Virus record (IMG/VR): IMGVR_UViG_3300012953_000094 | Span: 1-34,782 of that record | DNA length: 34,782 bases | DNA from: a virus | Taxonomy: Duplodnaviria; Caudoviricetes | Reading direction: 5' to 3' (one strand) | Shown here: piece after piece, positions 34,747-34,782 of the stretch | Layout: each line of letters opens with the position of its first letter | Position numbering within the stretch: position 1 is the first letter of the stretch | Translations under genes and position numbers: made by a program | Notes under the pieces: generated by a model | Database searches by the model: none | Seen by the model: only the letters and a program-made list of their open reading frames with translations | Told to the model about the DNA's origin: nothing

Positions 34747-34782
34747 AAATAGTAGCCGTTCGAATAGGAAAGAAATATGGTC
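34743..34782 (+). CDS. Start of a second glycosyltransferase-like gene (truncated by the window edge)
   Basis: ATGA overlap with the kinase stop. It translates as MKIVAVRIGKKYG, paralleling MKNILCVKWGDKY of 26011..26742. Confidence 0.55.
   Translation, partial: MKIVAVRIGKKYG

Noticed and set aside
1-34782. tRNA, rRNA, CRISPR array, introns or stop-codon reassignment
   Set aside because: Coding density is near complete with gaps under 70 nt, no repeat-spacer pattern was seen, and genes read intact in the standard code using all three stop codons.

Overview
AT-rich fragment of a large T4-like (contractile-tailed) phage genome, resembling the environmental/marine T4-like myoviruses; the host cannot be determined from this window. 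From 1 to about 1640 the minus strand carries a partial gp54/gp19-fold tail-tube initiator, gp2 and gp4. A pair of divergent T4-type late promoters separates these from a long plus-strand baseplate and tail cluster: gp48, gp53, a hub-like protein, a gp5 locus split into three genes that carry lysozyme, amidase-like and M15-peptidase domains, then gp25, gp6, gp7-like, gp9/10-like, gp8, a VrlC/DUF4815-like protein split into pieces, a tail fibre and accessory proteins. From 26011 to the end is a tightly packed enzyme cluster: two glycosyltransferase-like genes, a methyltransferase-like gene, two radical SAM genes, an Asp/Asn beta-hydroxylase-like 2OG oxygenase, a NodU-type carbamoyltransferase, an SGNH protein and a kinase-like protein. 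The most striking unexplained signal is a protein-level D-S-[small residue] motif. By manual count it occurs about 42 times in the outer-baseplate and fibre proteins (12603-24525) but only 3 times in a similar length of inner baseplate and hub proteins (1692-12603). This suggests a phage-encoded sequon plus an adjacent enzyme cluster for post-translational decoration of the virion. All family calls are by motif recognition only; no database searches were run.
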